DNA from: Kiritimatiellia bacterium
Lineage (GTDB): Bacteria; Verrucomicrobiota; Kiritimatiellia; RFP12; DVOR01
Reading direction: 5' to 3'
Assembly: GCA_031552845.1 (NCBI GenBank)
Contig: JAVBMC010000027.1
Coordinates: 6,073 to 70,072, forward strand
DNA length: 64,000 nucleotides
Shown in pieces: positions 19,165 through 29,500 of the stretch. A program made the position numbers and the translations under genes. Under the pieces are notes generated by a model. The model saw only the letters and a list, made by a program, of their open reading frames with translations, searched no databases and was not told the DNA's origin. Each line of letters begins with the position of its first letter. Within the stretch, counting starts at the first letter, position 1.

Positions 19165-19565
19165 TACTCAGCTCCCCTAATTACAAGATGACAAACAGAG
19201 GGATTATCCCACTTCCCATCCCATAAGTCAAGGCCATTCCGGCACACCACAGATTCTCCAAAAAAACAACCGCCGCCCCAAAGCACTTTCCGTCAACTTA
19301 CACTTGACTTTGCCGCCAAATCTGCTAAACTCCACCCCATGCAACGCACACAAAAACATACCTTTAAAAACCTCCCCAAGACGCACTTCGCGTCGATTTG
19401 GCAGGGGTTGGATGCGTGTGCAGATATTTCGGGCTGCGGAAATAAAACTGCGGGAAATATGGCGTCAGCTTAGCCGCTTACAGCACGATAAGTGCGCCCA
19501 AAAGTGAGCAGAGTGGAATATTCCCCCGTTTAAGGCTGCTGCCTCCCACCCGTCTCACAAATATC

Positions 19566-19795
19566 ACACACCCGTGTCACATTTGTTTGCCACCCGTGCC
19601 ACAGTACGCACACACCCGTGTGACAACTTTTTCACACCCGCGTCACAACTCTACCGAACTCGCAAAACAGTACTTTCACACTCGCGGAACAACTGTAACC
19701 CACTCGCGGGAGAGTACAAACACATCCGCAAAACCGTACTCTCCCACCTGTGTGACAACTGTCACCCACCTTTGTGCTGGAATGCCCTGTGGAAT
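19566..19795. repeat. Array of about 9 degenerate direct repeats (period about 22 bp) with core CAC(C/A)C(G/T)YG(T/C)(G/C)ACAAC. Includes the inverted repeat GTGACAACTGTCAC. Lies 95-320 bp upstream of the exosortase gene.
   Basis: CACCCG cores sit at 19569, 19591, 19613 and 19635, exactly 22 bp apart. Degenerate units continue at 19678, 19701, 19721, 19745 and 19764. The array is embedded in a C/A-rich non-coding tract. Confidence 0.6.
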
Positions 19796-19884
19796 GGTTG
19801 TTGACTTCTGGTCTTTCGTAGGGTGGGTTAGGGTTTGACTCGCCTGTGGGGGTGTGCTAAAATGGTACGAATGGAGCTGGCAGG

Positions 19885-20409
19885 ATGAACTTTTTGTTTT
19901 ATGGGTTGATTGGCGGAATATTCGTCGTGGTGAAGTTGGCGTTGCGTTCGGCGGAGACGTCGGACTTGTTGTTTCTGCTGCGTCCGTTGGATTGGCTGGT
20001 GGGGTTGTTGACGGGCGTGTCGGGGGTGTATGTTGTGGGGCAGGGTTTTGTGCATGAGGGGCTCGGTGCGGTGATTGACAAGTCGTGCGCAGGGGCGAAT
20101 TTTGCGTTGATTTGTTTTGTGATGCTGGCATGGCTCGGCGTAAGAGAATTGAAAAGCGGCTTGGGCAAAGCGGCTTCACTCGGCGTGGCGTTGGTGGTGG
20201 GTTATCTTACGGCAATTGTGACGAGCGCCGCGCGGATTTATGTAACGCTCACAGTTCATCGCCTGACCGTCAATCTTGTGCCTGCATCGTGGGAGCGTCC
20301 CCTGCACTTGGCGATGGGTACCGCTGTCTACCTCTTCTTTCTGATTGCAATCTACTGGCTGGCATTATGGTGTTTAAATAGGAGGATCAAAGATGAGAAA
20401 CCTGCTTAA
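19885..20409 (+). CDS. xrtK: Short exosortase-family protein, consistent with exosortase K (XrtK)
   Basis: 174 aa with about 5 TM helices. It has the candidate active-site Cys in DKSCAGANFAL and downstream Arg residues (AARIYVTLTVHRL), as in exosortases. It overlaps the next gene by 17 nt, and that gene ends in an MSEP-CTERM signal. Confidence 0.55.
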   Translation: MNFLFYGLIGGIFVVVKLALRSAETSDLLFLLRPLDWLVGLLTGVSGVYVVGQGFVHEGLGAVIDKSCAGANFALICFVMLAWLGVRELKSGLGKAASLGVALVVGYLTAIVTSAARIYVTLTVHRLTVNLVPASWERPLHLAMGTAVYLFFLIAIYWLALWCLNRRIKDEKPA

Positions 20410-23332
20410 CGCGAAGTGGCTTCTAGCCATCAACACTCTGCCCGTGATTGTGATGGGCATCTTTCTGCGGGGACAGTATAACGTTGTTAAGAGCTTGATG
20501 AGCACGGAGAATATTTCGCTCCTGTGCAATAACTTCGTGGCGCTGGGAGCTTTGACTGCATTGCTGGCATGTTATGCGGGCGTGATGATCGTCCGGCGCA
20601 AGCCTTTGCCGGGAGTGCTATTGGGATGCCTGATGATTGCGGCGTATACGACGTGGGGGTTCGTTTACTATCAGTATCTCGCTGATATGTTTCCGCAAGA
20701 CCTGCCCGGATGGATGGGTTCACACATTTTCTTCACTTATCCGCTTTTGTTCCTGACGCCGACTGTGACGTATGGGGCGGTGTTGGTTGTGCTGGGCTCG
20801 ACTCCACACGGCGGAGAGCATAAGGCGGCGGGGGACTGGAGCCGGGCAGCGTTGGTTCCTGTTGGGTGGTTTTGCCTTCTCGTGATTCTTCCAATAATCT
20901 TGATGTTGTTAGCGCGCATGGACTGGCTCAAACCGATATGGTGCGTGCTGGAGCCTGTAGGGGATACGCTCGGCAAGTTCATATCCGCGAAGATGGGTTT
21001 TTATATGTTCATGATTGTGCTGATTGCCAGCGTCTATTTGTTTTTCATCTCCTTGGGGCGCGGAGCGTACATTATTATGGAGCGCCGCCGGGGATTTCTA
21101 GAGAGGTATAACCTTGCATGGAAGATTCCGATTGCGTTGATCTTTCCAATCCTTGGCCTGCTGATTAATAACCTGCACATCGTCACGTTGTTCACAGAAG
21201 AAGCCGTGAATGAAATCCACAGTGGGTTCTTCGGTGACTTTAGCAATATCTGGTTCTACATCCTCGCCGTTATCAACGGACTGTTAGTCTGCGCATTGGA
21301 GAAGGATAACCGGAAATATCGCACGGCGTTGTTTATCGGCAGAAGCATCACGTTTACTTACACGCTTTACTTCTTCATGATATTCCTGCCGTTCCTTCCA
21401 TTGGCAGCAGTGTTCCTGCTGTTCTTCGGCTTCACCTTCCTGATGCTCACGCCGGTTTTACTGTTCGTGATTCACGTAGGCGAGTTGCAAAGAGACTGGC
21501 AATACTTGCGGCGGTATTTAACTGGACGGGCGTTGGCGGGAATGTTCGTTGCAGCGGTGCTGGTTATTCCAGCTTGCCTGACTGCGGGATATCTGCACGA
21601 CCGCCGTGTGCTGCACGAAGCATTGGCCTATGTGTATACGCCGGACTATGCGCAGGAGTGCCGCGTCAATACCTCCTCCATCCGCAGCACTCTCAAAATA
21701 ATCGGCTTCAACAAAGCGTTGAATGATGAGAGAGCAACACCTTGGGTGGCGGAGACTCCGCTACTGGGCACCTACTTCCGCTGGATCGTGCTGGACAACC
21801 TCACCGTCGCCGAGCCCAAATACAAACTACTCTCAAGGGTGTTTGGTGCGCCAACGCATAAAAGCCGCCGTGCAGTGGCCGAAGAGAATCGAATTATGAC
21901 TCAGTTCTCATCAGCCAACTTGCAAGAGATGTCCGCAACGAGCACCTATGATGCCGAAGCACAAGTCTGGCGCAGCAAGATCGACCTCACGCTCCAGGGC
22001 GAGCGGGATGCCGAATACGTTGCCGCCTTTGAACTCCCGGCGGGAGCTTGGCTCAGCGACTACTACTTAGACGTTAACGGCACGCGCAAGCCCGGCTTGC
22101 TCAGCGAAAAGAAAGCGGCCTTGTGGGTCTACGCCAGCATCCGCAACATCGAGAAGAAAGACCCGGGCATTGTCTACTATCAAAGTGGCAACAAGCTCAC
22201 GCTGCGGGTCTTTCCATTCGATGGCAGCAAACGCTACACCGGATTTGCGCTTGTGCATAAGGAACCCTTCCGCTTGCAGCTCGGCGAAAAATCCGCCATG
22301 CTCGGTGATGCTACTCAAGGCGATGCGAAGTCCGTCACCACGCCGGAAGCCGCCTACGTCTCCGCCGCCGAAAAGAAGACGTTAACGAAAGTCCAACGCA
22401 AGCCCTACTTCCACTTCGTAATCGATGCGAGTGCCGAAGGCGTCATGCCGCTTGAAGAACGCACCCGCCGCCTCGAACTCCTGACAGCGGATTATAAAGG
22501 ATTCTTTGAGCAGGCGAAGATCAGCTTTGTCGATCACGCAATGGTCACGCATACGTATCAAGAGGCCAAAGACAGCCAACCCAAACATGGCAAGGGTGGG
22601 TTCTTCCTCGACCGCGCAATACGGCAGATTTACTACCGTGCCTATACCGCACCGGACGAAAGCTATCCGGTGATCGTCTTCATCACCGGCACGCAAAAAG
22701 GACTCATCATCGAAAAGGATTTTGCCGACTTCCAAATGGCATTCCCGGAGAACGACCGTTTCTACCTCTTAACTGTAGACGGCGGGCTGCAAGCCTATCC
22801 CCTGCTCCACAACTCGGCGAAGAAACTCGATGTAACCGTAACCCCCGCCGACTTCGAGAAGATCGTGCTGGAATATCCGCTCGGCGATGGGCGTGTGGCT
22901 TATCTGCTGGACAACAATCAGCCCGACATCGTACTCAAGGGCCGTCAACATGAAGTATCAATAGAGGCAATCCGCGAGGGTGATTGGAACTCCGGGCTAG
23001 CGCTGCAAAGTCAATGGCTGACGCAAGTGCTCTACCCCGATGCCACCGGCAAAGCATGGCGCAATCTGCTCGCGGGCAGCTTCGCCTCCAAACTCCTCAT
23101 GCCCGTCACCGCCTACATGGTTGTTGAAAACGCCGCACAGCAAGCCGCGCTTGAACGCAAGCAGAAACAAATCCTTGCCGGCCACCACGCACTCGACGCA
23201 GGTGAAGAACGTCTCGAGCCTGATCCTGAGCCCAACAAGATGAGCGAACCTGGACTCCTCATCACCGGCCTCATCCTCATCGCCCTCATCGGCGGCCGCA
23301 CCTACTACAAACGCCGCAGGCAGGCGGCATAA
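20393..23332 (+). CDS. MSEP-CTERM sorting-signal protein: polytopic N-terminus plus a large VIT/vWA-like extracytoplasmic domain
   Basis: 979 aa. The N-terminal ~400 aa have about 10 TM helices. The C-terminus is ...NKMSEPGLLITGLILIALIGGRTYYKRRRQAA: an MSEP motif, a TM helix and a basic cluster. The middle segments resemble VIT (ELPAGAWLSDYYLDVNG...TLRVFPFDG) and vWA (KPYFHFVIDASAEG) domains. Confidence 0.65.
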   Translation: MRNLLNAKWLLAINTLPVIVMGIFLRGQYNVVKSLMSTENISLLCNNFVALGALTALLACYAGVMIVRRKPLPGVLLGCLMIAAYTTWGFVYYQYLADMFPQDLPGWMGSHIFFTYPLLFLTPTVTYGAVLVVLGSTPHGGEHKAAGDWSRAALVPVGWFCLLVILPIILMLLARMDWLKPIWCVLEPVGDTLGKFISAKMGFYMFMIVLIASVYLFFISLGRGAYIIMERRRGFLERYNLAWKIPIALIFPILGLLINNLHIVTLFTEEAVNEIHSGFFGDFSNIWFYILAVINGLLVCALEKDNRKYRTALFIGRSITFTYTLYFFMIFLPFLPLAAVFLLFFGFTFLMLTPVLLFVIHVGELQRDWQYLRRYLTGRALAGMFVAAVLVIPACLTAGYLHDRRVLHEALAYVYTPDYAQECRVNTSSIRSTLKIIGFNKALNDERATPWVAETPLLGTYFRWIVLDNLTVAEPKYKLLSRVFGAPTHKSRRAVAEENRIMTQFSSANLQEMSATSTYDAEAQVWRSKIDLTLQGERDAEYVAAFELPAGAWLSDYYLDVNGTRKPGLLSEKKAALWVYASIRNIEKKDPGIVYYQSGNKLTLRVFPFDGSKRYTGFALVHKEPFRLQLGEKSAMLGDATQGDAKSVTTPEAAYVSAAEKKTLTKVQRKPYFHFVIDASAEGVMPLEERTRRLELLTADYKGFFEQAKISFVDHAMVTHTYQEAKDSQPKHGKGGFFLDRAIRQIYYRAYTAPDESYPVIVFITGTQKGLIIEKDFADFQMAFPENDRFYLLTVDGGLQAYPLLHNSAKKLDVTVTPADFEKIVLEYPLGDGRVAYLLDNNQPDIVLKGRQHEVSIEAIREGDWNSGLALQSQWLTQVLYPDATGKAWRNLLAGSFASKLLMPVTAYMVVENAAQQAALERKQKQILAGHHALDAGEERLEPDPEPNKMSEPGLLITGLILIALIGGRTYYKRRRQAA

Positions 23333-23345
23333 AAGAAAGTTTAAT

Positions 23346-23855
23346 ATGGCAGTGAATAGAAGAAAGTGTTTGAAGCTGTTGGCGTGTGCGGGCGGCGGTG
23401 CTGCGGTTGGTGTCGGCGGTGCGCGTTTGGTGTGCGCGGCAGGGAATCGGACTGTGCCGGAGTGGAAGTGTTTTAGCGCAGAGGAAGTCCCCGTGCTGGA
23501 GGCGCTGTGCGAGCAGATTATCCCAACGGATGAGTTCCCCGGTGCGCGGGAGACCGGCGCCGTGACTTATATCGACCGTGTCTTGAGATTGAAGCGGTAT
23601 GTGAAGTTGCAAGCGGTGTATCATGAGGGTTTGGCGCTGTTGCGGCAGAAGAACTTTGTCGCGCTTCCGTTTGCGGAGCAGACGGAGCTGTTGAAGTCGT
23701 TGGAGCGGAGCGATGGAGCGTTCCGCCATTTTTTTAATGCCGTGATTGATCATACGATGCAGAGTTACTACGGGAGTCCTCGTCATGGCGGCAACAAGGA
23801 TTATGCGAGTTACAAAATGATGGGGTTGGATTACCCCCGTTTGATCGGGAGATAG
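23346..23855 (+). CDS. Small subunit of a GMC-type dehydrogenase (gluconate 2-dehydrogenase subunit-3 family), Tat signal
   Basis: 169 aa. It has a twin-arginine leader (MAVNRRKCLKLLACAGGGAAVG) and belongs to the small family that always accompanies membrane GMC dehydrogenases. Confidence 0.65.
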   Translation: MAVNRRKCLKLLACAGGGAAVGVGGARLVCAAGNRTVPEWKCFSAEEVPVLEALCEQIIPTDEFPGARETGAVTYIDRVLRLKRYVKLQAVYHEGLALLRQKNFVALPFAEQTELLKSLERSDGAFRHFFNAVIDHTMQSYYGSPRHGGNKDYASYKMMGLDYPRLIGR

Positions 23856-23859
23856 TTTT

Positions 23860-25521
23860 ATGGCTTTGAAGCATGTGAATGCCGTCATCGTCGGGGCGGG
23901 TGCGGGCGGAGGCGTGTCCGCAAAGGTTTTGGCCGAGGGCGGATTGTCAGTTGTCCTGCTGGAGCGCGGCAAGTGGGTGAGTACTGAGAATAACCCGGAT
24001 GATGAGCTGTTCAGTCAGCGTACACCGATGCTGGGGTTGCCGTATGGTCCTGACGATGAGCGTAACTGGCGCGTGTCGGAGGATTTGAAGGGTAACACGT
24101 CCGTGCATCTGGCGAGCGAGTGGGGCTATGGCGCCAACGCCGCCTGCGTGGGGAGCGGCACGGTGAGTTATGGCGCGATGGCGTGGCGCTTCCAGCCGAA
24201 GGACTTTAAACTGAAGTCCGTCTATGGCGCACCCGAAGGTTCGGCACTGGAGGATTGGCCGATTTCCTATGAGGAGCTGGAGCCGTGTTACGAGCGTGCG
24301 GAGTATGAGATTGGCGTTGCGGGTGACGATTCCGCCGATCCTTTTGCGCCACCACGCAAGAAGCCGTATCCGATGCCGCCGTTTCCATATAGTAAGGAGT
24401 CAAGCATCCTTGCCGAGTTTGGTAAGAAACTGGGATGGCATCCTTTCCCGATCCCCATGCTGCGTAACTCGGTTCCGTATGGCGGGCGCCCGAAATGCAT
24501 CCATATGCGGGCATGTTGCGGCTTTGCGTGTCCGATCAATGCGAAGGCGGGATCCCAGAACACCGTCATCCCTGCGGCGATGGCGACGGGTAATTGCGAA
24601 GTGCGTACCGATGCCACGGTCAGCCGGATCATTGTTGATGATTTCGGGCGTGCGACCGGCGTGGAGTATTTTGACATCAATGGCCGCTTGCAGACGCAGA
24701 CGGCTGATATCGTCATTGTCGCAGGCGCGGCGGTGGAGACGGCGCGTTTGCTGTTGAACTCGAAGTCCAAGCTCTTTCCCAACGGTGCAGGCAATAATCA
24801 CGACACGGTCGGACGGTGCGTGCAGGATCACCTGTATGTCTCAGGCATGGGGTTCATGGATGAAGAGGTGTATGAAGAGGCCGGCCCCGGCGCAAGCGTG
24901 GCTTTCCGTGACTTCGTTCACAACAATAAAGGTTTTGTAGGCGGCGGTTTGCTGGCGAGCGAGTTCATAGCCCTACCTTATCTGTTCAGCCGTATGCGCC
25001 CGAATGGTGCGGCGCAGTGGGGATTGGAGCACAAGAAGTTCCAACGCGAAATGTATAAGCGGATGATCCGCCTCGTGGGGCCAATTCAGGATATGCCGAT
25101 GTGGAACTCCCGTGTAACGCTCGACCCGACTGTGAAGGATCACTGGGGCATTCCCGTGGCACGTATCCGTGGCGAGCGTCATCCGAACGACATTGCGGCA
25201 GGCAAGTTCTTGGCGGAGCGCGCGAAGGAGTTCCTCGAGAAACTCGGTGCAAAACAAGTCTCCGTATTCTGCCCCACCGACCTCAGCCGAGGCGTGGGAC
25301 AACACCAAGCCGGTTCCTGCCGGATGGGCACTGACCCCCAATTCTCCGTCACCGACAAGTGGGGGCGTGTGCATGACATTCCCAACCTATTCATTTCCGA
25401 TGGCAGCTTGCATGTGACGAATGGCGGGTGCAATCCCGTGCTGACAATCATGGCACTGAGTTACCGCGTCAATCAGCACATCATTGACGAATGGCAAAAA
25501 GGCAATCGCTTTAAAGGATAA
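23860..25521 (+). CDS. GMC-family FAD-dependent oxidoreductase (dehydrogenase large subunit)
   Basis: 553 aa. FAD-binding motif VIVGAGAGGGVSAKVLAEGGLSVVLLERG at the N-terminus and a GMC C-terminal block. It starts 5 nt after the small subunit. Confidence 0.8.
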   Translation: MALKHVNAVIVGAGAGGGVSAKVLAEGGLSVVLLERGKWVSTENNPDDELFSQRTPMLGLPYGPDDERNWRVSEDLKGNTSVHLASEWGYGANAACVGSGTVSYGAMAWRFQPKDFKLKSVYGAPEGSALEDWPISYEELEPCYERAEYEIGVAGDDSADPFAPPRKKPYPMPPFPYSKESSILAEFGKKLGWHPFPIPMLRNSVPYGGRPKCIHMRACCGFACPINAKAGSQNTVIPAAMATGNCEVRTDATVSRIIVDDFGRATGVEYFDINGRLQTQTADIVIVAGAAVETARLLLNSKSKLFPNGAGNNHDTVGRCVQDHLYVSGMGFMDEEVYEEAGPGASVAFRDFVHNNKGFVGGGLLASEFIALPYLFSRMRPNGAAQWGLEHKKFQREMYKRMIRLVGPIQDMPMWNSRVTLDPTVKDHWGIPVARIRGERHPNDIAAGKFLAERAKEFLEKLGAKQVSVFCPTDLSRGVGQHQAGSCRMGTDPQFSVTDKWGRVHDIPNLFISDGSLHVTNGGCNPVLTIMALSYRVNQHIIDEWQKGNRFKG

Positions 25522-26543
25522 TGGTAATGGGCAATCTTACACGACATCTCACCTGGCTCTTGCCGCTCACAGTGACAGGCGTCTTCATGGCCGCCGGAGG
25601 CATCGGCTACTTCGAGTTCTCACCGCCGGATAAAACGTGCATCAAGTGCCACGAGATCCGCCGCTCTAAAGACAACTGGGCGCACTCCGCCCATCGGAAT
25701 GTCTCCTGCAAAGCCTGTCATGGCGGCTCAGTGGAATCAATCAACGCCATGAAGGACAACGCCAAGCGGGTGTTCTCACACCTGACCAAGGCGGAACATC
25801 CCGACATCCGTTTGAGCGAAGAGCAAATCCTTAACATGACTGCCGCATGCGGTGCGTGCCATGCACAAGAACTCGCGCAATGGCAAGGCGGACTCCATGC
25901 GGGCGATTATGCGCGCTTCTTTCAGGATGAACACTATAACCGCTTGCCGCAGCTGAATCCGCAATGCTTCTGGTGCCACGGCATGTTTTGTCAAGGCACC
26001 GTCACCGACCTTGTGCGCGAACCTGCACCCGGAGAGCCTGTGGTCTTCCACGATCCACAAATGTCCGCAAAAGCCGCTGTGCCCTGCTTGGCCTGTCATA
26101 ACGTACACGTACAAGGCGCACCGTTTGTGCGAGGCACGAATACGCCGAACAAGAGCATTGCTTTTTATGTACGGCAAGAGCGCAAGCATATTGCCGCAAA
26201 TGAATTAGCCATCCCTTGCATCATCGAAAACGGCCGCACAGTGCAAACATCCAACGATCCGCGTCAACGTCTCTGTCAACAGTGCCACGCACCGAATGCA
26301 CATGGTGTTGCAGGAAGCTCAAGCGACCGCACGCCGCGTGGCGTGCATGAAGGCATCAGCTGTTTAGCGTGCCACAACCCACACTCGGGCTCCGTGCAGA
26401 ATGCCTGTGCGCAATGCCACCCAAAATTCTCCACTTGCGGCGAGCGCGATGTGATGGCGATGGATACGACCTACAGCAGCCGCACCAGCAAGCACAACAT
26501 CCACAACATGACATGCGCGAGCTGTCACCCTTCCCCGCGTTGA
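25521..26543 (+). CDS. Membrane-anchored multihaem cytochrome c (9 CxxCH motifs) with a NapC/NrfH-like N-terminus
   Basis: 340 aa. N-terminal TM (LTWLLPLTVTGVFMAAGGIGYF) followed by CIKCH, CKACH, CGACH, CFWCH, CLACH, CQQCH, CLACH, CAQCH and CASCH. Its start overlaps the GMC stop. Confidence 0.75.
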   Translation: MVMGNLTRHLTWLLPLTVTGVFMAAGGIGYFEFSPPDKTCIKCHEIRRSKDNWAHSAHRNVSCKACHGGSVESINAMKDNAKRVFSHLTKAEHPDIRLSEEQILNMTAACGACHAQELAQWQGGLHAGDYARFFQDEHYNRLPQLNPQCFWCHGMFCQGTVTDLVREPAPGEPVVFHDPQMSAKAAVPCLACHNVHVQGAPFVRGTNTPNKSIAFYVRQERKHIAANELAIPCIIENGRTVQTSNDPRQRLCQQCHAPNAHGVAGSSSDRTPRGVHEGISCLACHNPHSGSVQNACAQCHPKFSTCGERDVMAMDTTYSSRTSKHNIHNMTCASCHPSPR

Positions 26544-26570
26544 GCGGGGAAAGGCGCAGCATTTCATCTA

Positions 26571-29500
26571 CTACTTACGCTTCCGGGTTGTTGCATAGGC
26601 GGCAGCCGGAAGAATGAGCAGGTTGAGCAGCGTGGCGGAGATGAGTCCGCCGAACTGTACAATCGCTAACGGCGCAAGCAGCTCTCCGCCCGGCTGGTCA
26701 ACGGCAAACACAATCGGCAAGAGGCCGAGAATGGTGGTAAGCGACGTCATGAGAATGGGCAGCACCCGTTCTTTTGCGCCCAGGCGTAAAGACTCGCGCA
26801 GCTCAACCCCCTCTTCCTCCAACGCCGACGATCGATTGAGCAGTAATAATCCATTGCGGATTGCAAATCCCGCCAGCGTGACAAAACCCGCGAGCGAAGC
26901 CACCGACAGAATGGGTTGCGCAGTCTGCGAGAAGAGCCATACTGCTGCGACACCGCCAATGACCGCCAATGGCAAATTAACCAACACCAGCAATGCCCGT
27001 TTGAATGAACCTGCGGCTGTTGTCAATAAGCAGACAATCACAACCAAGATAACACCGCCCAGTTGCATCAACTGCTTGCGTGCCGAGACACGTGCTGCAT
27101 AGGTGCCGCCATAGGTCACCGTACAACCGAGTTTATGAATGACCGGCTCCAGCTTCTCCTGCAGTTCTTCCACCATCGCACCGATATTGGCATCTGGCGA
27201 GGCATTGCAGGAGATGAGCGCTTTGCGCATGCCATTGTCGCGAACAATCAAGTTGGCGGTCTCTTCGCGGTAAACATCCGCCAGCTCATCCAGTGTGAAG
27301 CGGCGGCCATCAGCAGCGAGAATCATCAGCTTAGACAAGGTCTCCGGCGTGTCACGTTCTTCAGCCTTGGCGCGTAGCACGATGTCCCAGCGCGACTGAT
27401 TCTCCACCACTTCGCCCAGCGTGCGTCCATTGACTGCCGTGGCGACGATTGAGGCCACTTCATCCTGTGACAGTCCAAAACGCAGCAGGTCCTCGCGGCG
27501 GTAACGGATGCATGCCGAGTCCACAAGAATCTCACGGTTGGCACGCACATCCGAAACGGTCTTCATCTGCGCCAAGATTATTGATGCCTGCCGTGCGGCT
27601 TCGCGCAGAATGGGCAGATCGTTACCGAAGATGTTGACCGTCACTTCCGCCGCAGTACCGGACAGCACAGAACTGATACGGTGCGCAATGGGATAACCGA
27701 TCATACCAGAGACGCCGGGCAGTGAGTGAATGATGCGGTTGACTTCGTTACGTAGTTGACGCTGATCCTTCGTCAAGTCAACACGTACTAAGAACTCGCT
27801 CGCGCTGACCGGTTCGGCGTGTTCATCACGCTCTGCACGGCCTGTGCGGCGGGCCACGCTCTTCACGCCGTCAATCTCGCGCAGAGCATTCATAATGCCT
27901 TCAGAGACGCGCTCGGTTTCATCCAACGAAGTGCCGGGAATCGTGCTGACAAACACATTCAAACAATCCTCTTGGAATGGCGGCAGGAAACTCGTGCCAA
28001 ACGTACACGCCAGCCAAACAGCACCCGCCGTCACAAGAACAGCAAAGCTGCAGATCAGGCGCGGAAACCGCAGACAAAAGTTCAGCAGAGGATCGTATAT
28101 TCTGTGAATCAAGCGCGAGGCAAATGTCAGTTTACGCTCTTTAGCCGACTTGAAGAAGAAGAGGCAGAGCACTGGCACCACCGTAAATGCAACAAATAGC
28201 GAAGCGAGCATCGCTAGGCTATACGATATTGCCAGCGGTTGGAAGAACTGTCCTTCAATGCCGGTCATCAACAACAACGGCACAAACACCAGCAGGATGA
28301 TTAACGTCGAAAAGCCGGCGGGATTGAATACTTCCTGCGCGACCTCTACCATCACCTTGCGGCGTTGCGGGCGTTCGACTCCGGCGAGCTTGCGCCACGC
28401 GGCCTCGACAAAGATAACCGCATTGTCTGTCACATCCCCCACAGCCACGGCAAGCCCGCCAAGCGTCATGATGTTCAGGCCGATGCCGAACTGTTTGAAG
28501 AACGCCAACGCCAAAGCGATTGACAACGGCAAGGCGGTGAGCGTTACCAGCGTTGCCCGCGGACAGCCGACAATGATGAACAGCACGATCAACACAATCA
28601 ACGCGGCCTCGCCTATAATCTCTGCACCGTTCTGAATAGAAAGGCTGATGAAGTCTGCCTGGCGGTAAGCTTCGCCGGAGAGTGTCATGCCTGCGGGCAG
28701 GTTCGCCTTGCGGAAGTTTTCCAGCACGCGATCAACTTGTTCTGTCAGCTGGAGCGTATTACCGCCCGGCACTTTTTGCACGGCTAACAGCACGCAGGGT
28801 TGTCCGTTGAATGCAGCTGAACCACGGCGCGGCGCTCCGCCAATCTTGACGTCGGCAGCTTCGGCAAGCGAGAGGTTGGCCCGCAGCGGCGTCATGCGCA
28901 GATCTTCCAAGGAGGTAATCCGCGCCAGTTGGCGGATGGGCAACTCTTGTCCCCGCACGTCAGCCAGATAGCCCGCCGTTTGAATATTCTGTGCATCTTC
29001 GACAGCACGCGCGACATCGTCCAGCGTGAGATTCAGAAAGCTGAGCTTTGGCAGCGAGACATTGATCTGATACTCCGGCAGCTCACCGCCCATGACGACG
29101 ACTTGCCCGATACCCGGCACCGACATCAAGCGAGGACGCAACTCATACTCAGCCACGCGGCGCATTTCGAGCGGTGAAGCGGCCTCGTCGCCGGTGAGGG
29201 CGATGAGCATGATCTCGCCGGTGACGGAGACGATCGGTGCGAGTTCGCAGTCCATTCCCGCGATGCGTTCCGAAACCATCTGCCGCGCACGGTAGACATC
29301 AGTGCCCCAATCAAAGTCCGCCCAGACAAATGATAACCCTGCTCCCGAAGAGGAACGCAGCATCGTCACACCAGGCAGGCCGTTCACGACCGACTCCAAA
29401 GGAATCGTCACACGCTGTTCGACTTCTTCCGCAGTGAGTCCGGCGGCTTCGACTTGAATCGTCACGCGCGGAACTTTCAACTCCGGAAAGACATCGACAG

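Noticed and set aside
19566-19795. Possible CRISPR or tRNA-like element
   Set aside because: Units are degenerate with variable length (19-24 nt) and no unique spacers. No cloverleaf-compatible segments are present.
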